From Eledone cirrhosa (lineage: Eukaryota), in contig OZ024748.1 in the NCBI GenBank assembly GCA_964016885.1, forward strand, positions 42,284,001 to 42,348,000: a DNA stretch of 64,000 bases. The letters are read 5' to 3'. Positions 50,770 through 64,000 of the stretch are shown here, piece after piece (position 1 is the first letter of the stretch; each line of letters begins with the position of its first letter). The position numbers and the translations under genes were made by a program. Below the pieces are notes generated by a model. The model saw only the letters and a program-made list of their open reading frames with translations, did not search any database and was not told where the DNA came from.

Positions 50770-53700
50770 AACTATATTTTACAGACAAGTTATACAATGA
50801 CGGAAATATTTTGATATCTGTTATATATTAACATATAAAATCAACTATATTTTACAGAAGTTATATAATGATGGAAATATTTTGTTATCTGTTATATATA
50901 AATATATTATGTCAACTATATTTTACAGAAGTTCTACAATGGTGGAAATATTTTGATATCTGTTATATATAAATATATTATGTCAACTATATTTTACAGA
51001 AGTTATACAATGGTAGAAATGTTTTGATATCTGTTATATATAAATATATTATGTCAACTATATTTTACAGAAGTTATACAATGGTGGAAATATTTTGATA
51101 TCTGTTATATATAAATATATTATGTCAACTATATTTTACAGAAGTTATACAATGATGGAAATATTTTGATATCTGTTATATATAAATATATTATGTCAAC
51201 TATATTTTACAGAAGTTATACAATGGTGGAAATATTTTGATATCTGTTATATATAAATATATTATGTCAACTATATTTTACAGAAGTTATACAATGGTGG
51301 AAATATTTTGATATTTGTTATATATAAATATATTGTCAACTATATTTTACAGAAGTTATACAATGGTGGAAATATTTTGATATCTGTTATATATAAATAT
51401 ATTATGTCAACTATATTTTACAGAAGTTATACAATGGTGGAAATATTTTGATATCTATTACATATAAATATATTATGTCAACTATATTTTACAGAAGTTA
51501 TACAATGGTAGAAATGTTTTGATATCTGTTATATATAAATATATTATGTCAACTATATTTTACAGAAGTTATACAATGGTGGAAATATTTTGATATCTAT
51601 TACATATAAATATATTATGTCAACTATATTTTACAGAAGTTATACAATGATGGAAATATTTTGATATCTGTTATATATAAATATATTATGTCAACTATAT
51701 TTTACAGAAGTTATACAATGATGGAAATATTTTGATATCTGTTATATATAAATATATTATGTCAACTATATTTTACAGAAGTTATACAATGATGGAAATA
51801 TTTTGAAATCTGTTATATATAAATATATTATGTCAACTATATTTTACAGAAGTTATACAATGGTGGAAATATTTTGATATCTGTTATATATAAATATATT
51901 GTCAACTATATTTTACAGAAGTTATACAATGGTGGAAATATTTTGATATCTATTACATATAAATATATTATGTCAACTATATTTTACAGAAGTTATACAA
52001 TGGTAGAAATGTTTTGATATCTGTTATATATAAATATATTATGTCAACTATATTTTACAGAAGTTATACAATGGTGGAAATATTTTGATATCTATTACAT
52101 ATAAATATATTATGTCAACTATATTTTACAGAAGTTATACAATGATGGAAATATTTTGATATCTGTTATATATAAATATATTATGTCAACTATATTTTAC
52201 AGAAGTTATACAATGGTGGAAATATTTTGATATCTATTACATATAAATATATTATGTCAACTATATTTTACAGAAGTTATACAATGATGGAAATATTTTG
52301 ATATCTGTTATATATAAATATATTATGTCAACTATATTTTACAGAAGTTATACAATGATGGAAATATTTTGATATCTGTTATATATAAATATATTATGTC
52401 AACTATATTTTACAGAAGTTATACAATGATGGAAATATTTTGATATCTGTTATATATAAATATATTATGTCAACTATATTTTACAGAAGTTATACAATGA
52501 TGGAAATATTTTGATATCTGTTATATATAAATATATTATGTCAACTATATTTTACAGAAGTTTTACAATGGTGGAAATATTTTGATATCTGTTATATATA
52601 AATATATTGTCAACTATATTTTACAGAAGTTATACAATGGTGGAAATATTTTGATATCTATTACATATAAATATATTATGTCAACTATATTTTACAGAAG
52701 TTATACAATGGTAGAAATGTTTTGATATCTGTTATATATAAATATATTATGTCAACTATATTTTACAGAAGTTATACAATGGTGGAAATATTTTGATATT
52801 TGTTATATATAAATATATTGTCAACTATATTTTACAGAAGTTATACAATGGTGGAAATATTTTGATATCTGTTATATATAAATATATTATGTCAACTATA
52901 TTTTACAGAAGTTATACAATGGTGGAAATATTTTGATATCTATTACATATAAATATATTATGTCAACTATATTTTACAGAAGTTATACAATGGTAGAAAT
53001 GTTTTGATATCTGTTATATATAAATATATTATGTCAACTATATTTTACAGAAGTTATACAATGGTGGAAATATTTTGATATCTATTACATATAAATATAT
53101 TATGTCAACTATATTTTACAGAAGTTATACAATGATGGAAATATTTTGATATCTGTTATATATAAATATATTATGTCAACTATATTTTACAGAAGTTATA
53201 CAATGGTGGAAATATTTTGATATCTGTTATATATAAATATATTGTCAACTATATTTTACAGAAGTTATACAATGGTGGAAATATTTTGATATCTATTACA
53301 TATAAATATATTATGTCAACTATATTTTACAGAAGTTATACAATGGTAGAAATGTTTTGATATCTGTTATATATAAATATATTATGTCAACTATATTTTA
53401 CAGAAGTTATACAATGGTGGAAATATTTTGATATCTATTACATATAAATATATTATGTCAACTATATTTTACAGAAGTTATACAATGGTAGAAATGTTTT
53501 GATATCTGTTATATATAAATATATTATGTCAACTATATTTTACAGAAGTTATACAATGGTGGAAATATTTTGATATCTATTACATATAAATATATTATGT
53601 CAACTATATTTTACAGAAGTTATACAATGATGGAAATATTTTGATATCTGTTATATATAAATATATTATGTCAACTATATTTTACAGAAGTTATACAATG

Positions 53701-56700
53701 GTGGAAATATTTTGATATCTGTTATATATAAATATATTGTCAACTATATTTTACAGAAGTTATACAATGGTGGAAATATTTTGATATCTATTACATATAA
53801 ATATATTATGTCAACTATATTTTACAGAAGTTATACAATGGTAGAAATGTTTTGATATCTGTTATATATAAATATATTATGTCAACTATATTTTACAGAA
53901 GTTATACAATGGTGGAAATATTTTGATATCTATTACATATAAATATATTATGTCAACTATATTTCACAGAAGTTATACAATGGTAGAAATGTCTTGATAT
54001 CTGTTATATATAAATATATTATGTCAACTATATTTTACAGAAGTTATACAATGGTGGAAATATTTTGATATCTATTACATATAAATATATTATGTCAACT
54101 ATATTTTACAGAAGTTATACAATGATGGAAATATTTTGATATCTGTTATATATAAATATATTATGTCAACTATATTTTACAGAAGTTATACAATGGTGGA
54201 AATATTTTGATATCTGTTATATATAAATATATTGTCAACTATATTTTACAGAAGTTATACAATGGTGGAAATATTTTGATATCTATTACATATAAATATA
54301 TTATGTCAACTATATTTTACAGAAGTTATACAATGGTAGAAATGTTTTGATATCTGTTATATATAAATATATTATGTCAACTATATTTTACAGAAGTTAT
54401 ACAATGGTGGAAATATTTTGATATTTGTTATATATAAATATATTGTCAACTATATTTTACAGAAGTTATACAATGGTGGAAATATTTTGATATCTGTTAT
54501 ATATAAATATATTATGTCAACTATATTTTACAGAAGTTATACAATGGTGGAAATATTTTGATATCTATTACATATAAATATATTATGTCAACTATATTTT
54601 ACAGAAGTTATACAATGGTAGAAATGTTTTGATATCTGTTATATATAAATATATTATGTCAACTATATTTTACAGAAGTTATACAATGGTGGAAATATTT
54701 TGATATCTATTACATATAAATATATTATGTCAACTATATTTTACAGAAGTTATACAATGATGGAAATATTTTGATATCTGTTATATATAAATATATTATG
54801 TCAACTATATTTTACAGAAGTTATACAATGGTGGAAATATTTTGATATCTATTACATATAAATATATTATGTCAACTATATTTTACAGAAGTTATACAAT
54901 GATGGAAATATTTTGATATCTGTTATATATAAATATATTATGTCAACTATATTTTACAGAAGTTATACAATGATGGAAATATTTTGATATCTGTTATATA
55001 TAAATATATTATGTCAACTATATTTTACAGAAGTTATACAATGATGGAAATATTTTGATATCTGTTATATATAAATATATTATGTCAACTATATTTTACA
55101 GAAGTTATACAATGGTAGAAATATTTTGATATCTGTTATATATAAATATATTGTCAACTATATTTTACAGAAGTTATACAATGGTGGAAATATTTTGATA
55201 TCTATTACATATAAATATATTATGTCAACTATATTTTACAGAAGTTATACAATGGTGGAAATATTTTGATATCTGTTATATATAAATATATTATGTCAAC
55301 TATATTTTACAGAAGTTATACAATGGTGGAAATATTTTGATATCTATTACATATAAATATATTATGTCAACTATATTTTACAGAAGTTATACAATGGTAG
55401 AAATGTTTTGATATCTGTTATATATAAATATATTATGTCAACTATATTTTACAGAAGTTATACAATGGTGGAAATATTTTGATATTTGTTATATATAAAT
55501 ATATTGTCAACTATATTTTACAGAAGTTATACAATGGTGGAAATATTTTGATATCTGTTATATATAAATATATTATGTCAACTATATTTTACAGAAGTTA
55601 TACAATGGTGGAAATATTTTGATATCTATTACATATAAATATATTATGTCAACTATATTTTACAGAAGTTATACAATGGTAGAAATGTTTTGATATCTGT
55701 TATATATAAATATATTATGTCAACTATATTTTACAGAAGTTATACAATGGTGGAAATATTTTGATATCTATTACATATAAATATATTATGTCAACTATAT
55801 TTTACAGAAGTTATACAATGATGGAAATATTTTGATATCTGTTATATATAAATATATTATGTCAACTATATTTTACAGAAGTTATACAATGGTGGAAATA
55901 TTTTGATATCTATTACATATAAATATATTATGTCAACTATATTTTACAGAAGTTATACAATGATGGAAATATTTTGATATCTGTTATATATAAATATATT
56001 ATGTCAACTATATTTTACAGAAGTTATACAATGATGGAAATATTTTGATATCTGTTATATATAAATATATTATGTCAACTATATTTTACAGAAGTTATAC
56101 AATGATGGAAATATTTTGATATCTGTTATATATAAATATATTATGTCAACTATATTTTACAGAAGTTATACAATGGTAGAAATATTTTGATATCTGTTAT
56201 ATATAAATATATTGTCAACTATATTTTACAGAAGTTATACAATGGTGGAAATATTTTGATATCTATTACATATAAATATATTATGTCAACTATATTTTAC
56301 AGAAGTTATACAATGGTGGAAATATTTTGATATCTGTTATATATAAATATATTATGTCAACTATATTTTACAGAAGTTATACAATGGTGGAAATATTTTG
56401 ATATCTATTACATATAAATATATTATGTCAACTATATTTTACAGAAGTTATACAATGGTAGAAATGTTTTGATATCTGTTATATATAAATATATTATGTC
56501 AACTATATTTTACAGAAGTTATACAATGGTGGAAATATTTTGATATCTATTACATATAAATATATTATGTCAACTATATTTTACAGAAGTTATACAATGA
56601 TGGAAATATTTTGATATCTGTTATATATAAATATATTATGTCAACTATATTTTACAGAAGTTATACAATGATGGAAATATTTTGATATCTGTTATATATA

Positions 56701-59700
56701 AATATATTATGTCAACTATATTTTACAGAAGTTATACAATGATGGAAATATTTTGAAATCTGTTATATATAAATATATTATGTCAACTATATTTTACAGA
56801 AGTTATACAATGGTGGAAATATTTTGATATCTGTTATATATAAATATATTGTCAACTATATTTTACAGAAGTTATACAATGGTGGAAATATTTTGATATC
56901 TATTACATATAAATATATTATGTCAACTATATTTTACAGAAGTTATACAATGGTAGAAATGTTTTGATATCTGTTATATATAAATATATTATGTCAACTA
57001 TATTTTACAGAAGTTATACAATGGTGGAAATATTTTGATATCTATTACATATAAATATATTATGTCAACTATATTTTACAGAAGTTATACAATGATGGAA
57101 ATATTTTGATATCTGTTATATATAAATATATTATGTCAACTATATTTTACAGAAGTTATACAATGGTGGAAATATTTTGATATCTATTACATATAAATAT
57201 ATTATGTCAACTATATTTTACAGAAGTTATACAATGATGGAAATATTTTGATATCTGTTATATATAAATATATTATGTCAACTATATTTTACAGAAGTTA
57301 TACAATGATGGAAATATTTTGATATCTGTTATATATAAATATATTATGTCAACTATATTTTACAGAAGTTATACAATGATGGAAATATTTTGATATCTGT
57401 TATATATAAATATATTATGTCAACTATATTTTACAGAAGTTATACAATGATGGAAATATTTTGATATCTGTTATATATAAATATATTATGTCAACTATAT
57501 TTTACAGAAGTTTTACAATGGTGGAAATATTTTGATATCTGTTATATATAAATATATTGTCAACTATATTTTACAGAAGTTATACAATGGTGGAAATATT
57601 TTGATATCTATTACATATAAATATATTATGTCAACTATATTTTACAGAAGTTATACAATGGTAGAAATGTTTTGATATCTGTTATATATAAATATATTAT
57701 GTCAACTATATTTTACAGAAGTTATACAATGGTGGAAATATTTTGATATTTGTTATATATAAATATATTGTCAACTATATTTTACAGAAGTTATACAATG
57801 GTGGAAATATTTTGATATCTGTTATATATAAATATATTATGTCAACTATATTTTACAGAAGTTATACAATGGTGGAAATATTTTGATATCTATTACATAT
57901 AAATATATTATGTCAACTATATTTTACAGAAGTTATACAATGGTAGAAATGTTTTGATATCTGTTATATATAAATATATTATGTCAACTATATTTTACAG
58001 AAGTTATACAATGGTGGAAATATTTTGATATCTATTACATATAAATATATTATGTCAACTATATTTTACAGAAGTTATACAATGATGGAAATATTTTGAT
58101 ATCTGTTATATATAAATATATTATGTCAACTATATTTTACAGAAGTTATACAATGGTGGAAATATTTTGATATCTGTTATATATAAATATATTGTCAACT
58201 ATATTTTACAGAAGTTATACAATGGTGGAAATATTTTGATATCTATTACATATAAATATATTATGTCAACTATATTTTACAGAAGTTATACAATGGTAGA
58301 AATGTTTTGATATCTGTTATATATAAATATATTATGTCAACTATATTTTACAGAAGTTATACAATGGTGGAAATATTTTGATATCTATTACATATAAATA
58401 TATTATGTCAACTATATTTTACAGAAGTTATACAATGGTAGAAATGTTTTGATATCTGTTATATATAAATATATTATGTCAACTATATTTTACAGAAGTT
58501 ATACAATGGTGGAAATATTTTGATATCTATTACATATAAATATATTATGTCAACTATATTTTACAGAAGTTATACAATGATGGAAATATTTTGATATCTG
58601 TTATATATAAATATATTATGTCAACTATATTTTACAGAAGTTATACAATGGTGGAAATATTTTGATATCTGTTATATATAAATATATTGTCAACTATATT
58701 TTACAGAAGTTATACAATGGTGGAAATATTTTGATATCTATTACATATAAATATATTATGTCAACTATATTTTACAGAAGTTATACAATGGTAGAAATGT
58801 TTTGATATCTGTTATATATAAATATATTATGTCAACTATATTTTACAGAAGTTATACAATGGTGGAAATATTTTGATATCTATTACATATAAATATATTA
58901 TGTCAACTATATTTCACAGAAGTTATACAATGGTAGAAATGTCTTGATATCTGTTATATATAAATATATTATGTCAACTATATTTTACAGAAGTTATACA
59001 ATGGTGGAAATATTTTGATATCTATTACATATAAATATATTATGTCAACTATATTTTACAGAAGTTATACAATGATGGAAATATTTTGATATCTGTTATA
59101 TATAAATATATTATGTCAACTATATTTTACAGAAGTTATACAATGGTGGAAATATTTTGATATCTGTTATATATAAATATATTGTCAACTATATTTTACA
59201 GAAGTTATACAATGGTGGAAATATTTTGATATCTATTACATATAAATATATTATGTCAACTATATTTTACAGAAGTTATACAATGGTAGAAATGTTTTGA
59301 TATCTGTTATATATAAATATATTATGTCAACTATATTTTACAGAAGTTATACAATGGTGGAAATATTTTGATATTTGTTATATATAAATATATTGTCAAC
59401 TATATTTTACAGAAGTTATACAATGGTGGAAATATTTTGATATCTGTTATATATAAATATATTATGTCAACTATATTTTACAGAAGTTATACAATGGTGG
59501 AAATATTTTGATATCTATTACATATAAATATATTATGTCAACTATATTTTACAGAAGTTATACAATGGTAGAAATGTTTTGATATCTGTTATATATAAAT
59601 ATATTATGTCAACTATATTTTACAGAAGTTATACAATGGTGGAAATATTTTGATATCTATTACATATAAATATATTATGTCAACTATATTTTACAGAAGT

Positions 59701-60498
59701 TATACAATGATGGAAATATTTTGATATCTGTTATATATAAATATATTATGTCAACTATATTTTACAGAAGTTATACAATGGTGGAAATATTTTGATATCT
59801 ATTACATATAAATATATTATGTCAACTATATTTTACAGAAGTTATACAATGATGGAAATATTTTGATATCTGTTATATATAAATATATTATGTCAACTAT
59901 ATTTTACAGAAGTTATACAATGATGGAAATATTTTGATATCTGTTATATATAAATATATTATGTCAACTATATTTTACAGAAGTTATACAATGATGGAAA
60001 TATTTTGATATCTGTTATATATAAATATATTATGTCAACTATATTTTACAGAAGTTATACAATGGTAGAAATATTTTGATATCTGTTATATATAAATATA
60101 TTGTCAACTATATTTTACAGAAGTTATACAATGGTGGAAATATTTTGATATCTATTACATATAAATATATTATGTCAACTATATTTTACAGAAGTTATAC
60201 AATGGTAGAAATGTTTTGATATCTGTTATATATAAATATATTATGTCAACTATATTTTACAGAAGTTATACAATGGTGGAAATATTTTGATATCTATTAC
60301 ATATAAATATATTATGTCAACTATATTTTACAGAAGTTATACAATGATGGAAATATTTTGATATCTGTTATATATAAATATATTGTCAACTATATTTTAC
60401 AGAAGTTATACAATGGTGGAAATATTTTGATATCTGTTATATATAAATATATTATGTCAACTATATTTTACAGAAGTTATACAATGGTGGAAATATTT
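50770..60498. repeat. 71-bp AT-rich satellite, ~137 units, filling almost the whole intron
   Basis: Unit AACTATATTTTACAGAAGTTATACAATGGTGGAAATATTTTGATATCTGTTATATATAAATATATTATGTC; 69-bp variants also occur. Confidence 0.97.
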
Positions 60499-60523
60499 GG
60501 CCCAAAACGTTTGAGAACCTCTG
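60499..60523 (-). mobile_element. hAT Charlie-type TIR abutting the 71-bp array
   Basis: Minus strand CAGAGGTTCTCAAACGTTTTGGG; flanking 8-mer CTTTATAC has a central TA. Confidence 0.55.
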
Positions 60524-60637
60524 CTTTATACTATTAATCAACAGACAGACAGACAGGCAGACAGACAGACAGACAGAAAGAAAGAAAGACAGCCAGACAG
60601 ATGACAGACAGACAAACAGACAGACAAACAAACTAAC

Positions 60638-60729
60638 CCGTCTGTTATATCTTTGTTGTTTTCTTCTTCAACATTCCTGAATACTGTTTCGTAAGCATAA
60701 GCCAGAATATCTGCTGCCCGACCAGATCC
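60638..60729 (-). CDS. TRPM: TRPM exon 3: GSGRAADILAYAYETVFRNVEEENNKDITD(G)
   Basis: ttgccag|GGA...GG|gttagt; 92 nt, phase 0-2; hallmark GSGRAADILA motif. Confidence 0.95.
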
Positions 60730-60761
60730 CTGGCAATAAAGAGGACAATTTCAATATATAT

Positions 60762-61251
60762 CAACATCATCAGCAACATCATCACCATCAACATCAACAT
60801 CATCATTACCATCATCAACAACATTATCACCATCACTATCATCATCACCAACATCACCATCATCAGCATTACCACCACCATCATCACCACCATCATCACC
60901 ATCATCATCATCACCATCACCACCAACACCGCCATCACCATCACCATCACCACCATAATCATCACCATCACCATCACCACCATCACCATCACCACCATAA
61001 TCATCACCATCACCATCACCATCACCACCATCATCATCACCATCATCATCGCCATCACCATCATCACCATCACCATCACCACCATCATCATCACCATCAT
61101 CACCATCACCATCACCACCATCACCACCATCACCATCATCATCATCATCACCATCACCACCATCACCACCATCACTATCATTCATCATCACCATCATCAT
61201 CACCATCACCATCACCATCATCATCACCATCACCACCATCATCATCATCAT
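60762..61251. repeat. (CAT/CAC)n microsatellite; (ACAG)n also at 60541-60630
   Basis: Visible directly. Confidence 0.95.
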
Positions 61252-61457
61252 TGAAAAAGTGAAAAGTAAAGTTGACCTTGGTGGGATTTGAACTCAGAAT
61301 ACATCTGGCTGGAACAAATACCATAGAACATTCTAACTGTCAATCTAACGACTCTAACTACTCGGCCACCTATGTAAACGGTGCCCCAGCATGGCCTCAG
61401 CCAGATGGCTGGAACAGGTAAAAGAGTAGAAATAACAGAAATGGATTCCTCACTGAC

Positions 61458-61570
61458 CTTTACAACAATAACAGGTGTGTGACAAGATGTTGAACTAAAG
61501 ACTGTCTCTAGTGTCCCAAGTCCACCTTCCACCATTACCACAACAGCTGGAATTTTAACCTCTTCTGTCT
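61458..61570 (-). CDS. TRPM: TRPM exon 2: (E)TEEVKIPAVVVMVEGGLGTLETVFSSTSCHTPVIVVK
   Basis: aattttag|AG...AAG|gtcagt; 113 nt, phase 1-0; IPxVxxxVEGGxGTL...PVxVV SLOG motif. Confidence 0.95.
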
Positions 61571-61925
61571 CTAAAATTACAAAGCAATAACATAACTAAT
61601 TAAGGCGTAACATAACTAATTAAGGTGTAACATAATTAATCAAGGTGTAACATATCACCTGATCAAGGTGTAACATATCACCTGATCAAGGTGTAATATA
61701 TAAACATTGAAGCCAACTCTCCTGTTTATGGATCCTTCCTCTCCGCCTCCTACTACCCTCTGAAGCCCTCAAATGTGTGAAGGGCACTGCCCTTGTCTCT
61801 CACCAGTCTTGTAGGCCCCAAAAGGCACAATGGGCACTGCCCTCACCTTGTCCTTTAAACAGTAAAAAAAAAGAAAAATAGAGAAATATCTGTTATGTTT
61901 GAATTTCTAAGATGTAACAACTTAC

Positions 61926-62100
61926 CACGAATCTTTTTACTTGCAAGGGTTTTTTCTAAGTGTGCCCGGAACTCAATCTCTGTTCCAAAAATATTTTGAG
62001 TACCATTATCAACAAGGATAAAATGTGAGTGATTAGGATCTAAGGGGCTGACTTTTTTGTTATGGTCATTTGTGATGAAATATTTTGCAGGCCAAGATCC
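61926..62100 (-). CDS. TRPM: TRPM exon 1 of 16 seen (internal): GSWPAKYFITNDHNKKVSPLDPNHSHFILVDNGTQNIFGTEIEFRAHLEKTLASKKIR
   Basis: ttttctag|GGA...G|gtaagt; 175 nt, phase 0-1; hallmark LDPNHSHFILVDNG..FGxEIxFRxxLE motif. Confidence 0.97.
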
Positions 62101-62239
62101 CTAGAAAACAATGACAATATTGTAGATGTTATAATTATCATTACATTCATCACACTCATTATTCAATATATATATATATATAATAAATACAGAAGCACAA
62201 TAACAACAAACACATATAAACACACACTAGTAAACTAAG

Positions 62240-63493
62240 ATCATCATCATCATCATCATCATCACCGTTTTACGTCCTTCTTCCACGCTAGCATGGGTTA
62301 GACGGGTTGTCCTGTTGTGAGCAGTGTCTGGTCGGCTGACCATGCCTTGCTCATACAGGAACTGATTTTGGCTTGATTTCTGCAGCTGGATGTCCTTCCT
62401 AACACCAACCTCATTTACAATGAGTGCTAGGTGCTTTTTCGTGGCGCCTACATGTCCACTTTACAGTGTGGGCTGGGTGCTTTTTTGCCGTGGCACCTCC
62501 ACGACCACTTTGCAGTGGGAGGGTGTGGGGGCATATTGTCTATATGCTTCAGCGTGTACCCATGGGAGGTCGGGTACTCTGTATTACTGTGTGACGCCAG
62601 AGGTCACGGTCGTGTGTCATCGCCTTTGAGAAGTGTAATTGGGTAAGGTCGGCTTTTATCACCTCATCCCAGGTCATCTTGGGTCTCCCCACTCCGCGGT
62701 TTCCATCGACTTCTAGTGCTCTGCACCTTTTTATGCAGCTGTCATCCTTCATACGCATCACATGTCCATACCAACGCAACCGCCTCTCCTGCACACAGCA
62801 TTTGATTCCTCTTATGCTCAGTCTCTCTCTCAATTCATTTATGCTTTGTCGTTCGCGTATATTACTATTACACATCCATCGGAGCATGCAGGCTTCGTTT
62901 CTCTCTAATCTACGTAAGTCTTCCACCTTCAGCGCCCAGGTCTCACCACCATGTAACATTGCTGTTCGGATACATGCATCATACAGTCTGCCTTTCATTC
63001 TGAGGGAGAAGCCTTTTGCAGCTAGCAGTGGTAGTAGTTCCCTGAACTTCTTCCATCCCGTTCTTACCCTAGTTATTGTACTTTCTGAACACCCACCTCC
63101 GCTGCTAATTCGGTCACTTAGGTAGCAGAAGCTGTCTACTGTCTCTACAGGGCCCTCCCAGAGATTGGTGGTACTTGTTTCCTGTGGCTGTTTGCTGCTT
63201 GCTGTCCCAGTACAGCTGCTACATGTGAAGCCTACATTCTTAATTAAGCTTCCTGAGATCCCGCTACATCTCTTGTGTACCCATTGTTTGCATTTGGGGC
63301 AGAGAATGGAGTTCCTACCTACACCTTTCCTACATACTGAGCAAGGCCATTTCCCTGAGGGGATCTGGGTTCTGTTTTCTCATCTACTTACAAGGGCCTT
63401 AGTCTTTGTCATGTTGACTTTGAGACCCTTTCTTTCTAGTCCCTGCTTCCAAGTTTGGAATTTCTTCTCTAGTTCTACCATAGATTCAGCTAT
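62240..63493 (-). mobile_element. 5'-truncated RTE LINE, same subfamily as 47894-49972
   Basis: Track ORF 62549-62998 is nearly identical to 49229-49678; same 3'UTR. Confidence 0.93.
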
Positions 63494-63652
63494 TGTATTC
63501 TATAAGATAGAATACAATAACCAAAACACAGTCACCCAAACGCGAACACACATCAAACACTATACACACACACAAACGCATGCGTAGAGAAGAAGACAAA
63601 AATAAATAAATAAATAAACAGATTAAATAAAGATGGCGTAGACATACAATAC

Positions 63653-64000
63653 AATAGAGGGACCAGCAGTGTTAGTTGAAGGTAGTATAATAAGTAAGGC
63701 AATCAAAGATATGAAGACGGGTAAGGCGGCTGGGCCTTCGGAAATAGTTGCTGAGATGCTGAAGGCATCTGGTTCGGTGGGACACACCATGGTCACCCGG
63801 ATAGTTAACCAAGTCGTACAGAATGGGGTTGTTCCGAAGGAATGGCGTAGCAGCATCATCGTTAACTGCTATAAGGGAAAAGGAGATGCCCTAGATAGGA
63901 GTAACTATAGAGGCATTAAATTAATCGACCAGGTCATGAAGGTCACGGAAAAAGTAATAGCGCAACTAATCAGAGAGAGAATTGATCTAGATGAAATGCA
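63653..64000 (+). mobile_element. 5'-truncated RTE LINE start, same subfamily as the 19427 copy; runs off the window
   Basis: aatagagggaccagcagtgttag...NYRGIKLIDQVMKVTEK is nearly identical to 19474-19820. Confidence 0.9.

Overview
Eukaryotic, AT-rich, repeat-dominated genomic DNA. The SINE and RTE families suggest an octopod cephalopod (inference). The window covers the middle of one minus-strand TRPM-family cation channel gene. I reconstructed 16 coding exons from 62100 down to 1023 (1770 nt, 590 codons). All have GT-AG boundaries and consistent phases, and they run from the SLOG/MHR N-terminal domains through pre-S1 to S1-S2; both ends of the gene lie outside the window. The introns contain a near-full-length but frameshifted Tx1/L1-clade LINE, six 5'-truncated RTE LINEs carrying a C4HC3 finger, tRNA-derived SINEs, a Buster/Charlie hAT relic, a mariner end, a TTAA-flanked MITE family, and large tandem arrays (72, 46, 40, 44, 29 and 71 bp units). 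The most striking pattern is that most large arrays grew out of a short segment of a recognisable transposable element that continues on one or both sides. Inverted, subfamily-matched RTE pairs also bracket TRPM exons. There is no CRISPR array, rRNA or intact tRNA. Most long ORFs in the track are repeat artefacts.
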